Positions 18,574-28,497 of a stretch of 64,000 nucleotides of DNA are shown one piece after another. Position numbers and translations under genes: made by a program. This stretch comes from Ekhidna sp. Lineage in GTDB: Bacteria > Bacteroidota > Bacteroidia > Cytophagales > Cyclobacteriaceae. The notes under the pieces are model-generated. The model did no database searches, had not been told where the DNA came from, and worked only from the letters and a program-made list of their open reading frames with translations. The stretch covers positions 2,478,097 through 2,542,096 of the forward strand of contig OZ253940.1 in NCBI GenBank assembly GCA_965267215.1. The letters run 5' to 3'. How positions within the stretch are numbered: the stretch's first letter is position 1; each line of letters begins with the position of its first letter.

Positions 18574-19230
18574 ATGAGTAGGTTTTTAATAATTATATCT
18601 ATTTGTCTGAGCTGCAGCAGCGTAGCTCAGACTTCAAAAAGAGCATTCAAGACTTTTGATTACCAAGGAGAAAAGATCAATTATGCCATCCAATTACCCA
18701 GGGACTTTGATCCGAACAAAACGTATCCGGTAGCTGTTGGGCCGTCAGAAGCTACTTCTCGTGACGATCAATCTTTTTACTGGAGGGGCGTTAAAGACAC
18801 CTATGGATGGATATTATTAGATTTTCCTATTTATGAAGGAAAGAAATCTGAGGTAACAGCTTTTCTCGATTATGTAAATACAAGCTTCAATGTAGAAGGT
18901 GATAAGTTTCACACCATCTGTTTTAGTGCAAATAGTGCAGGAATATTTCGATTAGTCATGAACATGCCTGAATATTTCCACTCAATCACTGGGGTAGCTG
19001 GAAATCCAAGAACAAAAGATGCTGATCAGCTAGCAAAATTAAGAGATGTCAAAGTACGATTTGTAGTCGGCGATAAAGATACTTACTGGATGAATGCTGC
19101 AAAGGATCGGCATACTAAGCTTCTTGAGTCCGGAGTAGATAGTCAAATCGAAATCATCAAAGATGGCAAGCACGTGTTAACAGAATTGATAGGAAATGGC
19201 ATTCTCGAACGGATGAATAAGTTGAGATGA
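18574..19230 (+). CDS. Secreted alpha/beta-hydrolase-fold (esterase-like) protein
   Basis: ATG 18574; elbow ICFSANS; VGDKD and GKHVL acid/His positions. Confidence 0.6.
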   Translation: MSRFLIIISICLSCSSVAQTSKRAFKTFDYQGEKINYAIQLPRDFDPNKTYPVAVGPSEATSRDDQSFYWRGVKDTYGWILLDFPIYEGKKSEVTAFLDYVNTSFNVEGDKFHTICFSANSAGIFRLVMNMPEYFHSITGVAGNPRTKDADQLAKLRDVKVRFVVGDKDTYWMNAAKDRHTKLLESGVDSQIEIIKDGKHVLTELIGNGILERMNKLR

Positions 19231-19235
19231 ACTAA

Positions 19236-19263
19236 AAAAGGATCGAGTTCCATCAATCCTTTT
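19236..19263. terminator. Possible bidirectional terminator between convergent genes
   Basis: AAAAGGAT-N12-ATCCTTTT with A/T tracts on both sides; AT-rich weak stem. Confidence 0.4.
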
Positions 19264-19271
19264 ATTTGTTC

Positions 19272-19811
19272 TTATTCAACCACTTCAATCACTAAGTTGT
19301 GATTGGTGTAAATGCAGATATCTGCAGCGATCGTAAGTCCTTCACGTACCATCTCTTCTGCTGAAAGATTCGAAGCGTGTTTTTTAAGTGCCAAAGCAGC
19401 AGATCTTGCATACATGCTTCCTGAACCAATAGCTGCTATCTCCTCATCCGGCTCAATTACATCCCCGGTACCAGAAACAACAAGCACTTCATTTTTATCA
19501 GCCACGATCATCATGGCTTCAAGTTTTCTTAAGTACCGATCAGTCCTCCAGTCTTTTGCAAGCTCAACGGCAGCTCGTTTTAGATTGCCAGAATAGTTGC
19601 TCAGCTTTTCATCGAAACGATCCAAAAGTGTAAATGCATCGGCAGTTGATCCGGCAAAGCCAGTTACAATCTTGCCATCGCCAAGTTTGCGAATCTTTTT
19701 CACATTGGATTTTGCAACCGTGTTACCAAGTGTTGCTTGCCCATCTGCTCCAATGGCCACTTTACCATTATGTCTTATAGCAAGGACGGTTGTTGATTTG
19801 ATTTTTTCCAT
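19272..19811 (-). CDS. hslV: ATP-dependent protease peptidase subunit HslV
   Basis: N-terminal TTVLAIR (Thr nucleophile), [37 protein letters not shown]. Confidence 0.96.
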   Translation of the reverse strand: MEKIKSTTVLAIRHNGKVAIGADGQATLGNTVAKSNVKKIRKLGDGKIVTGFAGSTADAFTLLDRFDEKLSNYSGNLKRAAVELAKDWRTDRYLRKLEAMMIVADKNEVLVVSGTGDVIEPDEEIAAIGSGSMYARSAALALKKHASNLSAEEMVREGLTIAADICIYTNHNLVIEVVE

Positions 19812-19831
19812 TTCGTTTATCAAAAAAGACA

Positions 19832-19900
19832 GTCATGCTGAACTCGTTTCAGCATCTAGTGAATATGAACCTATAGATTCCAAAACAAGTTCGGAATGAC
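19832..19900. repeat. REP-like inverted doublet (GTCAT...ATGAC family)
   Basis: GTCATGCTGAACTCGTTTCAGCATCT (19832-19857) and AGATTCCAAAACAAGTTCGGAATGAC (19875-19900) match at 20/26 positions as an inverted pair. Confidence 0.8.
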
Positions 19901-19918
19901 ATTCTAAATAAATAATTA

Positions 19919-21565
19919 CTAGATCAAAATTCTTACAGGGTCTTCTAATAGCTCTTTGAATGTTTTTAGAAAGGCAGAACCAACTGCACCATCAACCGCT
20001 CTATGATCACAAGAAAGAGTTACCTTCATCACATTTCCAGGCTTCATCTCTCGATTCTTCACAATAACAGTTTCTTTTATTCCTCCTACTGCCATGATAC
20101 ATGCATCAGGTGGATTGATAATTGCCGTAAATTCTTCTATACCGAACATCCCCAGGTTAGAAATGGTGAATGTATTTCCTGAGAATTCTTCAGGTTGTAG
20201 TTTTTTATCTTTTGCTTTTTGTGCCAGCTCCCTTACCTCGGCGGATATATGAGACAGGGATTTATTGTCTGCAAATCGAACAACCGGAACAATCAGGCCG
20301 TCTGGGATCGCTACAGCTACTCCAACATGAATATGTTGATGCTTCATCATATGATCTCCCATCCAGCTTACATTCACATCAGGATGCTGACGAAGTGCCG
20401 CAGCAGCAGCCTTCACCACCATGTCATTGAATGAAATTTTGACCGGAGCTACCTCATTAATGGATTTTCTAGCTTCGATGGCCTTATCCATATTGATCTC
20501 CATCGTCAGATAAAAGTGAGGTGCGGAGAATTTGCTATCGCTCAGGCGTTTAGCAATTACTTTACGCATCTGAGAAAGCTCTACTTTTTCAGAACCTTCT
20601 TCACCAACTACCTTTGGAATATTGATGGCTGGTTTATCGGATGTATCTCCTGATGCCGCTTGTGATTGCTGCGGCTGTGCAGATGGAGTAAAATCTTCAA
20701 CATCTTTCTTTACGATCCTTCCATCCGTTCCGGAACCATTGACCTGAGACAGGTCTATCCCTCTTTCAGAAGCAATTTTTTTAGCTAATGGGGATGCTTT
20801 TATCCTGCCATTGTTTGAAGCGTTAGAAGCACTAGGTTGAGTAGTAGCCGAAGGTTTAGCAGATGAAGTACTTTTTGGTGCTTCAGATTTTTCTTCTTTA
20901 ACCCCTTCTTTGGACTCATCTCCAACTTGCTCTTCGGCTTTTAGCAAGGCCTCATAGTCAGCATCTTCTTCTCCAATTATAGCTATCACTCCGTCTACCG
21001 GAACTCCACTTCCAGCCTCAACAGCCGTGTACAGAAGCGTTCCATCCTCATAAGCCTCTAACTCCATGGTGGCTTTATCTGTCTCCACCTCCGCTAGTAT
21101 ATCCCCAGACTCTACTTTATCTCCCTTTTTCTTTATCCAAGATGCTATAACACCTTCTTCCATCGTATCGCTCATTTTAGGCATACGAATGATAGATGCT
21201 TTGATGTTGCTTGTGTCGATCTTTTTTTCCGAGCTTGCTGGAGCTTTCTCCTCACTTGGTGCCTCATCTTCGCTTCCATTGGCTTGACCATCATTTGCTT
21301 CTTCCAATAGATGCTTATAATCTTCTCCTTTTTCTCCAATCACAGCCAGAATACCATCCACAGGTACGGACTCTTTTTCTTTGACTCCAATATGCAACAA
21401 GACACCATCCTGATAGGATTCTAATTCCATGGTTGCTTTATCGGTTTCCACTTCTGCAAGTACATCACCGGAACTCACTTCATCACCCTCTTTTTTCAAC
21501 CATGATGCAATCACACCTTCTTCCATGGTATCGCTCATTTTGGGCATTCTTATTACTTCAGCCAT
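19919..21565 (-). CDS. pdhC: Pyruvate dehydrogenase E2, dihydrolipoamide acetyltransferase with two lipoyl domains
   Basis: Two IRMPKMSDTMEEG...ETDKATME lipoyl domains; E3-binding ASPLAKK...GRIVKKDV; catalytic DHRAVDG. Confidence 0.96.
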   Translation of the reverse strand: MAEVIRMPKMSDTMEEGVIASWLKKEGDEVSSGDVLAEVETDKATMELESYQDGVLLHIGVKEKESVPVDGILAVIGEKGEDYKHLLEEANDGQANGSEDEAPSEEKAPASSEKKIDTSNIKASIIRMPKMSDTMEEGVIASWIKKKGDKVESGDILAEVETDKATMELEAYEDGTLLYTAVEAGSGVPVDGVIAIIGEEDADYEALLKAEEQVGDESKEGVKEEKSEAPKSTSSAKPSATTQPSASNASNNGRIKASPLAKKIASERGIDLSQVNGSGTDGRIVKKDVEDFTPSAQPQQSQAASGDTSDKPAINIPKVVGEEGSEKVELSQMRKVIAKRLSDSKFSAPHFYLTMEINMDKAIEARKSINEVAPVKISFNDMVVKAAAAALRQHPDVNVSWMGDHMMKHQHIHVGVAVAIPDGLIVPVVRFADNKSLSHISAEVRELAQKAKDKKLQPEEFSGNTFTISNLGMFGIEEFTAIINPPDACIMAVGGIKETVIVKNREMKPGNVMKVTLSCDHRAVDGAVGSAFLKTFKELLEDPVRILI

Positions 21566-21678
21566 TTAGATCGTCTTTAATTCTTTAGTTCAAAATTAAC
21601 CCATCAATCAAAATAAAAATTTGGAATCGAAACAAAATGATCATTGAGTAAGCGCTTTCTCGTATTAAATTGCCAAAA

Positions 21679-22362
21679 ATGTTAGACAGGTACACCATAA
21701 CATTAAATTCAGATGAGTTAGCACTGGTTTTGGGTGCGGAGGTTTCATCCAGGTACGAGCCTCAATACAATGCCGCTCCAACAAAAGTCTTACCCCTCAT
21801 CACCAGCCAAAATCCCGGTCAGGTTTCTTTTTTTAATTGGGGTTTAATGGCTATGTGGTCTAATAACAAAACAATGAGTCCTAAATTCTTCAACCTGCCT
21901 TTGGATTCGGTGATGTCAAAAAATACTTACAAGAAGAAAATTATTACCAATAGATGCATCATCCCAATGGATGGTTTTTATTTATGGAAACAAGTAGCAA
22001 AAAAACAGCAGGTACCTCACTATTTTTTCTACTCGGATAAAAAGGTATTTTCGGTAGCTGGCATATGGGAAGAAGGTGATGACAACACACACTCTTTCAT
22101 TATGATCACCAGGCCTGCAAATCCTCAAATAAGTTCTTTTCAAGGAGATATGCCTGCAATTATGGATGCCTCTTCCTCAAGAAAATGGTTAGAATCAGAA
22201 GATTTGGAAGAACTCAACGCCTTGCTTAGCACTGAAGTCAAAGACGAGTTCCTATCTCACACAGTAGCACCAAGAATTAGGGACATAGAAGGTAATGATG
22301 TTTCATTCATAAAACCGACTCCACCAGCGGATCAACATGGAAATTATACACTCTTTACCTAA
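21679..22362 (+). CDS. SRAP/YedK/HMCES-family protein lacking the catalytic Cys, Glu and His
   Basis: YNAAPT, WGL, RCIIPMDGFYLW, VAGIWE and MP motifs align to SRAP; ATG 21679 gives MLDRY. Confidence 0.85.
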   Translation: MLDRYTITLNSDELALVLGAEVSSRYEPQYNAAPTKVLPLITSQNPGQVSFFNWGLMAMWSNNKTMSPKFFNLPLDSVMSKNTYKKKIITNRCIIPMDGFYLWKQVAKKQQVPHYFFYSDKKVFSVAGIWEEGDDNTHSFIMITRPANPQISSFQGDMPAIMDASSSRKWLESEDLEELNALLSTEVKDEFLSHTVAPRIRDIEGNDVSFIKPTPPADQHGNYTLFT

Positions 22363-23453
22363 TGAAATTTAGATACCTTATTTGTTGGTTAATTGTATCT
22401 GCCTGCTATGTGGGAGAAGAAGTACCCCCTGATCAGATTGTCTGGGAATACGGAAGGCCTAAAGATTTTTCCGTTTCCGAAGACTCGCTTCTCTTCATAA
22501 ATTCAAAACTTCTTACTAATCAGCTGACTCGAGAGGAATTTGGCTTTCTTACCGGGTTAATTATTATCAAGAATAATCACTTGATTTTCGAAAACTATTA
22601 TCTGGGTGAAACTAGGGAAGTACGTCGAAATATAGGACAAGGCAGCCTCATTTTTACGCTTGCCGCCATTGGCGTAGCTGAAGACAAAAATCTTTTATCC
22701 ATCAATGATTTGATTTCTGAACATCTACCAGAATATTCAGAAATTTTTCAGGCCGATTCGGATAAAGAAGTTATTACAATAGAACACTTACTAACTCATA
22801 AAAGCGGATTTTCATGGAATGAAAGTATTTTTCCTATCATCAGCCCACAGAGTGATCTCAATATCATGAGGTCTAATAATGACTGGATACAATACATTCT
22901 GGAGAAGCCTCTGGAAGCCCCTCCAGGCTTGAGATTTAATCTCAATACAGCCACCGGCTTGATTTTGGCAAAAATCATCGAAAACGCCTCAGGCATGGAT
23001 TATTTAACCTTTCTTGATGAAAACATACTCAGTCCGCTAACCATTGAGTCCTTAACTGTTGAAACTGATCCCGAAGGAAATTTTAATGGAGGATTTGGAA
23101 TTAGTACTTCATTAATCGATTGGACGAAACTTGGCTATTTAATCTTAAATGAGGGCATATGGAATGGTAGAAAAATCATTGATCCCAATTTCATCCAAGA
23201 CGCTACATCTTTACAGACACAGGTAACAGGCAATTATAGTTTAGGGTACGTTTGGTGGCTTTTTGGAGAAAATTTTGAAACCAGTTTTGGAATAGAATCC
23301 GATGAAATATTCTATGTCCCTGGTGAATTGGGTCAGCATTTATACATTATTCCATCAGAAAATGTAATTGTTTCTATCTTCGCGGAAAACTATTTCTTTG
23401 GGTTTAATAATCCATCTTTAAAGTTATTTGGAGAAATAACATACGCTTTTTAG
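22362..23453 (+). CDS. Beta-lactamase/class C serine-hydrolase-fold lipoprotein with degenerate active site
   Basis: Lipobox VSAC; ITIEHLLTHKSG, KLGYLILNEGIWNGRKII, YGY-like YVWW; SxxK absent. Confidence 0.82.
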   Translation: MKFRYLICWLIVSACYVGEEVPPDQIVWEYGRPKDFSVSEDSLLFINSKLLTNQLTREEFGFLTGLIIIKNNHLIFENYYLGETREVRRNIGQGSLIFTLAAIGVAEDKNLLSINDLISEHLPEYSEIFQADSDKEVITIEHLLTHKSGFSWNESIFPIISPQSDLNIMRSNNDWIQYILEKPLEAPPGLRFNLNTATGLILAKIIENASGMDYLTFLDENILSPLTIESLTVETDPEGNFNGGFGISTSLIDWTKLGYLILNEGIWNGRKIIDPNFIQDATSLQTQVTGNYSLGYVWWLFGENFETSFGIESDEIFYVPGELGQHLYIIPSENVIVSIFAENYFFGFNNPSLKLFGEITYAF

Positions 23454-23462
23454 ATCAATAGT

Positions 23463-24032
23463 ATGAATTCTGATAATGACCTTTTGCTTTTCCAGCAGGT
23501 AAAAAGTGGTGATTTCTCCGCCTATGAGGTCATATTTAAGCGTTATTACAAAGAACTATATCGCTTTGCATTTACATATGTGAGAGATGCTACCATAGCA
23601 GAAGAAATGGCTCAGGAAGTATTTCTGTACATATGGGAAAAACGGATCAATATTGAAATTCAAACAACCCTAAAGACCTATCTTTATTCGGCTGTCAAAA
23701 ACAAGTGTTTGAACTACATTAAATTGGAACTGCCAAAACAACAATCCATGGCCGATGTGAGTGAGGTACTTCTTAGTGTCAGTGCACCAAACAAAGATGA
23801 AGGAGAGAATGACAGACTAAAGAAATACATACAATCAGCGGTGGATGCCCTTCCAAAAAAATGCCGGAGAATTTTCATCCTGAGTAGGAATTCAGGTATG
23901 ACCTACGAAGAGATAGCTGAAGAGCTAGATTTATCTAAAAAAACCGTAGAAAATCAAATGGGTATTGCGCTGAAAAAACTTAGAGAATCGCTTGAGAATG
24001 TTTATAAACACTATAAGGAACACATGATGTAA
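23463..24032 (+). CDS. ECF sigma-70 factor (Bacteroides expansion type)
   Basis: AEEMAQEVFLYIWEK; LPKKCRRIFILSR; TYEEIAEELDLSKKTVENQM. Confidence 0.93.
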   Translation: MNSDNDLLLFQQVKSGDFSAYEVIFKRYYKELYRFAFTYVRDATIAEEMAQEVFLYIWEKRINIEIQTTLKTYLYSAVKNKCLNYIKLELPKQQSMADVSEVLLSVSAPNKDEGENDRLKKYIQSAVDALPKKCRRIFILSRNSGMTYEEIAEELDLSKKTVENQMGIALKKLRESLENVYKHYKEHMM

Positions 24033-24086
24033 AAAAGTTGAAAAAAACTTAGGGGTCTGTCCCCAAAGTTTTGACTGACAAATGAG

Positions 24087-24971
24087 ATGGCAAACGACCT
24101 GAGAATATACAACCACCTGAACTACAAAGATGATTCTCACGAAGAGAGTGATGGATTTGTAGACTTCCTATTTCAAAACAGCGAAATAGATATACCTGAG
24201 ATAGACGAGGAGAGAGCGTGGGAAGCGTTAAATCAAAAGATTTATCAACCGAAAAAATCTATTTCATGGATGAAAGTAGCAGCAACAGTTGCTATTCTAG
24301 CCGTTCTTTCTGTAACGGTTTATCTGTACAACCCATCTCCATCAACTGTTAGTATCGCATCAACTGACCAAATAGTGAATGTCACGTTCCCTGATGGATC
24401 TACTGGGATTCTAAATAAAAATTCTTCTTTTTCTTATCCTGAAAAATTTGGTAAAGAAAGAAATGTTTCTTTCACAGGAGAAGCGTATTTCGACATCCAA
24501 AAAAGTGCTAAGCCTTTCATCATAGACGTCAATGGTGTTGATGTGAAAGTTTTAGGAACCGCATTTAATCTTGTGACCACAAAAAATCAAGTAAAATTGT
24601 ATGTTGACAGAGGGCTAGTTGCTTTTGAAAAAGATGGAGAGCAAACACAGGTCCCTGCTGGTAAAGAAGCGATTTTTAATCGTGCAAATGCTTCTGTAAA
24701 CATAAAAAATACTCCTGATGAAAATATCATGAGTTGGAGAAGTGGAATTTTCAATTTTGATGACACCCCACTAAAAAAGGCACTTCCTGAGTTAGCTGAT
24801 TACTATGAAGTAGAGTTTGAACTCTCAAATGGTCAGCTTAATGAGTGTAAAATAACAGCTACTTTCAATAAGAAGACTTTGAAAGAAGTATTGGAAACCA
24901 TAAGTACTGCACTTAATGTAAAAGCTGTTATCAAAAACGATAAGGTAAAAATTTCAGGGCAAGGTTGCTAA
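24087..24971 (+). CDS. FecR-family anti-sigma factor
   Basis: One TM helix; PDGS..LNKNSS, GEAYFDI, KVLGTAFN, W..G.F.F.DTPL. Confidence 0.92.
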   Translation: MANDLRIYNHLNYKDDSHEESDGFVDFLFQNSEIDIPEIDEERAWEALNQKIYQPKKSISWMKVAATVAILAVLSVTVYLYNPSPSTVSIASTDQIVNVTFPDGSTGILNKNSSFSYPEKFGKERNVSFTGEAYFDIQKSAKPFIIDVNGVDVKVLGTAFNLVTTKNQVKLYVDRGLVAFEKDGEQTQVPAGKEAIFNRANASVNIKNTPDENIMSWRSGIFNFDDTPLKKALPELADYYEVEFELSNGQLNECKITATFNKKTLKEVLETISTALNVKAVIKNDKVKISGQGC

Positions 24972-24998
24972 GTCCGGCCTGGGCTATTCATTACTTTT

Positions 24999-27626
24999 GT
25001 GGGCGTGTATTTCGTCCGCATCATCTACTTACGTAAGTTTTTGACACTCGTCCTTTTAGGTGGGGTCATTGTGTGCGCGAGTGCCCAGGAAAATCCTCTG
25101 GACAAAAAACTTGAAAACACGGATGAATCAACACTGTTTCAGCTATTAGACTCTATAAGAGCAAAGGGCGTAAAGCTGGCTTATAGTTCCAATAAACTAA
25201 CCAATCAACAAATTGAAATTTATGGAACACCTACCATAAGAGCGTTTTTTGATTATTTAGAACAACATCGCATTGCTGATGTAGTCTATGAGGGTGATCA
25301 AATTATTGTCCTCCAGCATACCCCAAAAAACTACACAGTACATGGGGTGCTAAGAGATGTGGAAACTGGTGAACACATCATTGGTGCAGCCATTGAAGTT
25401 CAAGGATTACAATTGGGAACTACCACAAACGGATATGGTTATTACTCACTCACTATTCGAGAAGGAGACTATAATCTACGATTTTCACACATTGGTTACC
25501 AGACGCATGAAACTGAAATATCTCTATTTAAGGATTATTATTTAGAAGTTTCCTTATCACCACAAATAACAGAGCTCGAGGTAGTAGAAGTTGTTTCCAT
25601 TTCAGATGATGTGAATCTAACTGAAACGATTCCTTCTATTAATCGAATCTCGATTTCGGGTGCGGATGGACAAATACCCTACTTTCTAGGTGAAGTAGAT
25701 GTCATTCAAAATGCGCTACTCAAGCCTGGAATAAGAGCAATTGGTGAGGACGCCAGCGGCATTCATGTACGTGGAGGTGGAGTCGATCAAAATCTCACCC
25801 TGTTGGATGAAGCTATTATTTACAATCCAAACCACTTTTACGGACTAATATCAGTATTCAACCCAGAGGCTGTCAATGATGTTCGAATAATGAAAGGCTA
25901 CATTCCACCATCATATGGTGGCAGATCTTCATCTGTTATCGAAGTACGACAAAAGGAAGGGAATATAAATAGAACAAGCGTTTCTGGTGGAATTGGGGCA
26001 CTTTCAGCCCGAGTACTTGTTGAAGGTCCCATTCATGAGGGTAAAAGCTCTTTTTTAGTCTCCGGTAGACAAAGTTTGCTAAACTTATCCATTGATGATT
26101 TTGCAAGTACATCTGTGCAGAGAAATAGAATAAGGTTCCAGGATCTAAATCTAAAACTGAACTTTAAATACAGCCAGGCAAGTACGTACTACTTATCAGG
26201 ATATTTAGGAAATGATCGGAATATCGCAGGCCTTACCTCTACCAGGAATTGGGGAAATAGAATGCTTAACTTCAGGTGGAATTATCTTTTCACACCCCGC
26301 TTATTTTCAAATATTTCTGCTTTTTATTCCGAATACAATTATCGAATTGAAAATACTGAAGAACCAGGGTCCTTTGTAGGTCGATCCAAGATCTCAGATG
26401 CCGGTGTGAAAGTGAACTTAACATCTGATTTATCTCCATACAATGAGCTTTCTTACGGATTTAGTTTCATTTATCACCGTCTCATTCCGGGAGTTCGTGA
26501 ACCCCTTGATCAAAGTACAACTACCAATAGAGTCAAACTGGAAGATGAACGTGGAGTTGAATCAGCACTTTTTATCGGGCAAAAAACGTCAATAGGTAAT
26601 CTGTCATTTGACTATGGATTGAGGGTTAGTAGTCTGCAAACATTTGGTCCTGGTTCAGTATTTGAATATAAGGATGATATTCCTTTAGCTGATTCTACGA
26701 TTACTGATACGTTGAGATTTGATAATCTTGATCTGATCTATAGAGACGTGAATTTTGAGCCAAGGGCTTCTATTAATTGGCGGATGAATAAAACCACGTC
26801 TCTCAAAGCGGCATTCAGTAGAACTGCTCAATACCTACATCTGATTTCTAACACCATTTCACCAGCACCAACAGATATCTGGAAATTGAGTGGACGATAC
26901 ATCCCTCCTACTACCACGAATCAATACACTATCGGTCTTTACAAAAACCTAAAATCTAACACGTGGGAGCTATCTTCAGAGTTATACTTTAAAGACATAC
27001 AAAACAACATTCAATATAAGAATGGTGCTGATCTCATTTTTAACGAGAATGTTGAAACAGAGCTCCTATTGAGTCAGGCTAGAGCCTATGGTTTAGAATT
27101 GTACGCAAGAAAAAGGACAGGAAGATTGCAAGGATGGATCAGCTATACACTTTCCAGGGCAGAAAGCCGAATACCAGAAAATGGAGATCAGCGATTTGTT
27201 TTAGAAAATCATGATAAGACTCATGATTTTTCCACATCGTGGAGTATGAAAATCTCTCCAAGGCTAAATGCATCAGCAAATTTTGTTTACAACACAGGAA
27301 TCCCGGTCACACTGCCTACGGATAAATATATTTTTGAGGACAATCTGGTTCCACACTTTCAGTTTAGGAACAACTCTCGATTGCCAGATTATCATAGATT
27401 AGATTTATCCGTACGATGGGAAGGTAGAAACTACAAGAAAAAAGGGAGTAAAAAGAGAAAAAACAGAGACTACTGGATTTTGACAATCTATAATGTCTAT
27501 GCGAGACAGAATGCTTATTCCTATTTTTATAGAGAGTCACCAATAGATCCAGGCACTGCCCAAGTTGTTAAGTATTCCATTTTTGGCACGATAATCCCGG
27601 CAATCACTTACAATTTCAAGTTCTGA
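24999..27626 (+). CDS. TonB-dependent receptor with N-terminal STN-like and carboxypeptidase-regulatory-like domains
   Basis: GTTTNGYGYYSL, VRGGGVDQNLTLLD, YGGRSSSV, LPDYHRLDLS, C-terminal YNFKF; start codon uncertain (GTG). Confidence 0.92.
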   Translation: MGVYFVRIIYLRKFLTLVLLGGVIVCASAQENPLDKKLENTDESTLFQLLDSIRAKGVKLAYSSNKLTNQQIEIYGTPTIRAFFDYLEQHRIADVVYEGDQIIVLQHTPKNYTVHGVLRDVETGEHIIGAAIEVQGLQLGTTTNGYGYYSLTIREGDYNLRFSHIGYQTHETEISLFKDYYLEVSLSPQITELEVVEVVSISDDVNLTETIPSINRISISGADGQIPYFLGEVDVIQNALLKPGIRAIGEDASGIHVRGGGVDQNLTLLDEAIIYNPNHFYGLISVFNPEAVNDVRIMKGYIPPSYGGRSSSVIEVRQKEGNINRTSVSGGIGALSARVLVEGPIHEGKSSFLVSGRQSLLNLSIDDFASTSVQRNRIRFQDLNLKLNFKYSQASTYYLSGYLGNDRNIAGLTSTRNWGNRMLNFRWNYLFTPRLFSNISAFYSEYNYRIENTEEPGSFVGRSKISDAGVKVNLTSDLSPYNELSYGFSFIYHRLIPGVREPLDQSTTTNRVKLEDERGVESALFIGQKTSIGNLSFDYGLRVSSLQTFGPGSVFEYKDDIPLADSTITDTLRFDNLDLIYRDVNFEPRASINWRMNKTTSLKAAFSRTAQYLHLISNTISPAPTDIWKLSGRYIPPTTTNQYTIGLYKNLKSNTWELSSELYFKDIQNNIQYKNGADLIFNENVETELLLSQARAYGLELYARKRTGRLQGWISYTLSRAESRIPENGDQRFVLENHDKTHDFSTSWSMKISPRLNASANFVYNTGIPVTLPTDKYIFEDNLVPHFQFRNNSRLPDYHRLDLSVRWEGRNYKKKGSKKRKNRDYWILTIYNVYARQNAYSYFYRESPIDPGTAQVVKYSIFGTIIPAITYNFKF

Positions 27627-28459
27627 TGAAGAGACTTTTATACATACTGCTTCCTGTTTTACTAGCTTGTGAAAAAGTTGTAGAAGTAGATTTACCTCCA
27701 GCACAAAATCTTGTTATTGTAGAAGGATGGCTCTCTGACGAAAATGGAAATCAACCGATTCGGATTACCAAGTCCAATGCTTTTTCTGACAAGAATCCTG
27801 TCCAACCAATTACCAATGCACAAGTCATTGTTCAGGCACGAACCGGGGAGATTTTCTCATATAGCTACAACTCAGATGGGTATTATCATGCAGACAACCC
27901 TTTCAGCGGGCAAATAGATGTGGAATATCGATTGAGGATAGTCATTGATGATAGCGTCGAAATCAGATCCGACTGGGATAGAATGCAAGAGAAAGTCTCA
28001 ATAAACACCTTGGAAGTGGACTCATTTCAAGAAAATGACCCAAATGATTCTGATAGGCAGATCACTGTGTACTTTCCGAAAATAACAACTCAAGATCCTG
28101 GGGATGCTGAAAATTATTATCGATGGCAGTTTATTAAGAATAATATCATATTCAGTGAACCAGAATCAATTACCATTCAAAATGATCGATTATTTAATGG
28201 CAATCTTATCCCTAACAATTTCAGAAATTTCGACTATGCTTCTGGTGACGAAATGACTGTTAGACTCATTTCAATCTCCCAAAGTTCACATAATTATTTA
28301 TCACTTCTTAAATCACAAATCACAACTTTGGGAACATCATCGGGGACTACCCCGGCCATCGTAAACGGCAATCTCTTTTACGTTGACAATGTAAACCAAT
28401 TGGTGTTGGGATATTTTGGAACTACCGCTATCAGTGAAAGTATGGCAAATGTTCCATGA
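27626..28459 (+). CDS. DUF4249-family lipoprotein
   Basis: Lipobox LLACEKVVEVDL; NYYRW; PAIVNGN...LGYFG; one-base overlap with the TonB receptor stop. Confidence 0.88.
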   Translation: MKRLLYILLPVLLACEKVVEVDLPPAQNLVIVEGWLSDENGNQPIRITKSNAFSDKNPVQPITNAQVIVQARTGEIFSYSYNSDGYYHADNPFSGQIDVEYRLRIVIDDSVEIRSDWDRMQEKVSINTLEVDSFQENDPNDSDRQITVYFPKITTQDPGDAENYYRWQFIKNNIIFSEPESITIQNDRLFNGNLIPNNFRNFDYASGDEMTVRLISISQSSHNYLSLLKSQITTLGTSSGTTPAIVNGNLFYVDNVNQLVLGYFGTTAISESMANVP

Positions 28460-28497
28460 TATTTGGGGGTATTCCAGTTGAAAATCAACTATAAGAT

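Noticed and set aside
19272-19811. hslV without a neighbouring hslU
   Set aside because: To my knowledge the two genes are commonly unlinked in Bacteroidota.
21060-21560. Long direct repeat inside pdhC
   Set aside because: Explained by the two lipoyl domains.
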